A stretch of 64,000 nucleotides of DNA from a virus, in IMG/VR virus record IMGVR_UViG_3300028831_000229, positions 53,942-117,941 of that record; one strand, given 5' to 3'. The notes under the pieces were generated by a model that was given only the letters and a program-made list of their open reading frames with translations, was not told where the DNA came from and ran no database searches. Numbering within the stretch: the stretch's first letter is position 1; each line of letters begins with the position of its first letter. Positions 62,481 through 64,000 of this stretch are shown one piece after another. Position numbers and translations under genes: made by a program.

Positions 62481-64000
62481 TGCCGGATCCGAACTCAGGC
62501 TTGAGCGACGATGATCTTGCTGGCGTCTCTGCGTTTGAAGCGCAGAGCGAAGAGATCCACGTCAACGCCAGGCTCAGCAAGGTCTACGATGTCAACAGCG
62601 TGTTCCACGTGCTGTGGGTGCCTCGTTCGGGCAACTACAACGTGACCGGTCTGCTCGGTGTCTCGACCGCCAACGAGTTCGCCAAGGTCTTCAAGCAAGG
62701 CAACGCGCAGTGGCTCGCTGACGATGAAGGCTTCAGCGACGTACTCTCGGCGAACTGGAACAAGGACGTCGAGGGTCCGTTCGGCGTGTTTTCGTTCACG
62801 CTGCGTCCACGTGCTCCGTCTCTGCCCGAGTACGTCGACATCATGCGGCCAGGCGATCTCGTCTTCCTCTACGCCAGCGACCGTGCGACGTACAACGATG
62901 ACCCGCTCAGCTGCACGTTGCTGACCTACGGCATCATCGGTCGACCGTTCCGCACCACTGCATCCGAAGGTGGGCCTGATGTCGAGACCACCATGGTCAG
63001 CGGCGCAGACCTCGGTGTCATCTTCAGCAGGACCGCAACGGTGTTCGACCAGGCGTTCGCGGAGATCGAGAACACGCTCTTCACGCAGCAGTGGATCGAG
63101 CAGCTCTTCTCCACGCAGTCGGCCGGCAGCCCTCTCGAGCACGTGCTCACGTTGCTCGACCTCTTCTACAACCAACAAGCAACCGGGTCGAAGGTCGTGG
63201 CGGCGCAGTGGCAGCTCATGACTCAGACGGACACGCCGACGCCTCTCGCATCGCTGATCGACGTCACGTCGTTCGTTCAGCCGGCGATGTTTGGCTACTC
63301 GTTGCCGGAGGTGTTCTCGGTCGCACAGTCCGGCAACGTGTGGGTGTTGTTGAACAGCTACGCGAACAAGGTCGTGAACGAGTTCTTCTTCGACGTGCGT
63401 GAGTACCAGACCGAGTACACGGACGTGCTCAAGCAGTTGGCTGGGTACGCGACAGGGGTGCTGACCGATTCGGATGCCTCGCGGCAGTCGACGCTGGTAC
63501 AGCGTCTCGCCACCGGATCGACCTTCGCATCGATCAAGGGCAAGTTCGACCAGACCGACTACGCGCAGGTCGCCACGCATCCGGTGATGGCGCTCATCTT
63601 CCGGCAGCGCCCGTACGATCGCGACAGCTTCACCACGCTTCCACAGCACATCCTCGAGTCGGAGGAGGTGTTCACCGATGACCTCGGCTTCTCCGACAAC
63701 GACGTCGTCAACTTCTTCCGCATCAGGTTCCCGTCCATGCCGAACGAGTTCCAGGAACTCGTCTACGGCATCCACGTCAACCTTCAGAGCGTCCACCGCT
63801 TCGGCATTCGCCGCATGGAGGCGGAGACGCGGTTCAACTTCGGTTCAAGCAGCGCGAGCACGTCGTACGCGAAGGGGAGCAACCGTCCGCAGGACTTCAG
63901 TGACATGTTCGACTGGTACAGCGGTCTCATGTCGACGTGGTACGCCGCGAACGAGGAGATGCTCAGCGGCACGATCACTTGCCGCTTCCGACCGGACATC
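62480..64000 (+). CDS. baseplate hub-like protein, 3'-truncated (absent from the ORF track)
   Basis: TGATG overlap; open to window end: MPDPNSG...GVFSFTL...MRPGDLV...NEFFFD...NEEMLSGTITCRFRPDI. Confidence 0.7.
   Translation, partial: MPDPNSGLSDDDLAGVSAFEAQSEEIHVNARLSKVYDVNSVFHVLWVPRSGNYNVTGLLGVSTANEFAKVFKQGNAQWLADDEGFSDVLSANWNKDVEGPFGVFSFTLRPRAPSLPEYVDIMRPGDLVFLYASDRATYNDDPLSCTLLTYGIIGRPFRTTASEGGPDVETTMVSGADLGVIFSRTATVFDQAFAEIENTLFTQQWIEQLFSTQSAGSPLEHVLTLLDLFYNQQATGSKVVAAQWQLMTQTDTPTPLASLIDVTSFVQPAMFGYSLPEVFSVAQSGNVWVLLNSYANKVVNEFFFDVREYQTEYTDVLKQLAGYATGVLTDSDASRQSTLVQRLATGSTFASIKGKFDQTDYAQVATHPVMALIFRQRPYDRDSFTTLPQHILESEEVFTDDLGFSDNDVVNFFRIRFPSMPNEFQELVYGIHVNLQSVHRFGIRRMEAETRFNFGSSSASTSYAKGSNRPQDFSDMFDWYSGLMSTWYAANEEMLSGTITCRFRPDI

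Noticed and set aside
1-64000. tRNA genes, CRISPR arrays, integrase, reverse transcriptase
   Set aside because: None recognised by eye; tRNAscan-SE and profile searches would be needed to exclude them.

Overview
The window is a segment of a GC-rich tailed phage genome, a myovirus whose head, neck and tail genes resemble those of SPO1/Twort (Herelleviridae-type) phages. No host genes, tRNAs or CRISPR arrays were seen. 1-12 kb: a truncated beta-helix protein, Holliday junction resolvase, a KhpA-like protein, small and large terminase, then a run of small, often Cys-rich genes. 12.0-12.5 kb: a structured non-coding switch region. 12.5-28 kb: a Topo VI-A/Spo11-like gene, nucleotide metabolism genes (NDT, thyX, tmk, dcd), a lysis cassette, a candidate structured ncRNA and a DUF4417-like/ureohydrolase-like/ParB triad. 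29-64 kb: the morphogenesis module (portal, protease, scaffold, capsid, neck, sheath, tube, frameshifted tail chaperone, tape measure with M23 domain, baseplate hub). The most striking feature is about 18 kb between portal and prohead protease. It encodes large proteins that look like head-packaged polyproteins. They are punctuated by the same K-[S/A/G] motif found at the capsid and scaffold processing sites, and they share a GxRGG...GKxxY tag and a repeated ~60-aa domain. Their apparent cargo is a sigma-70-like factor, a long-form (eukaryote/archaea-type) topoisomerase IB, a papain-like Cys-His-Asp domain and an SNF2 ATPase, with MuF and kinase genes next to them. All family assignments come from motif recognition by eye; no searches were run.
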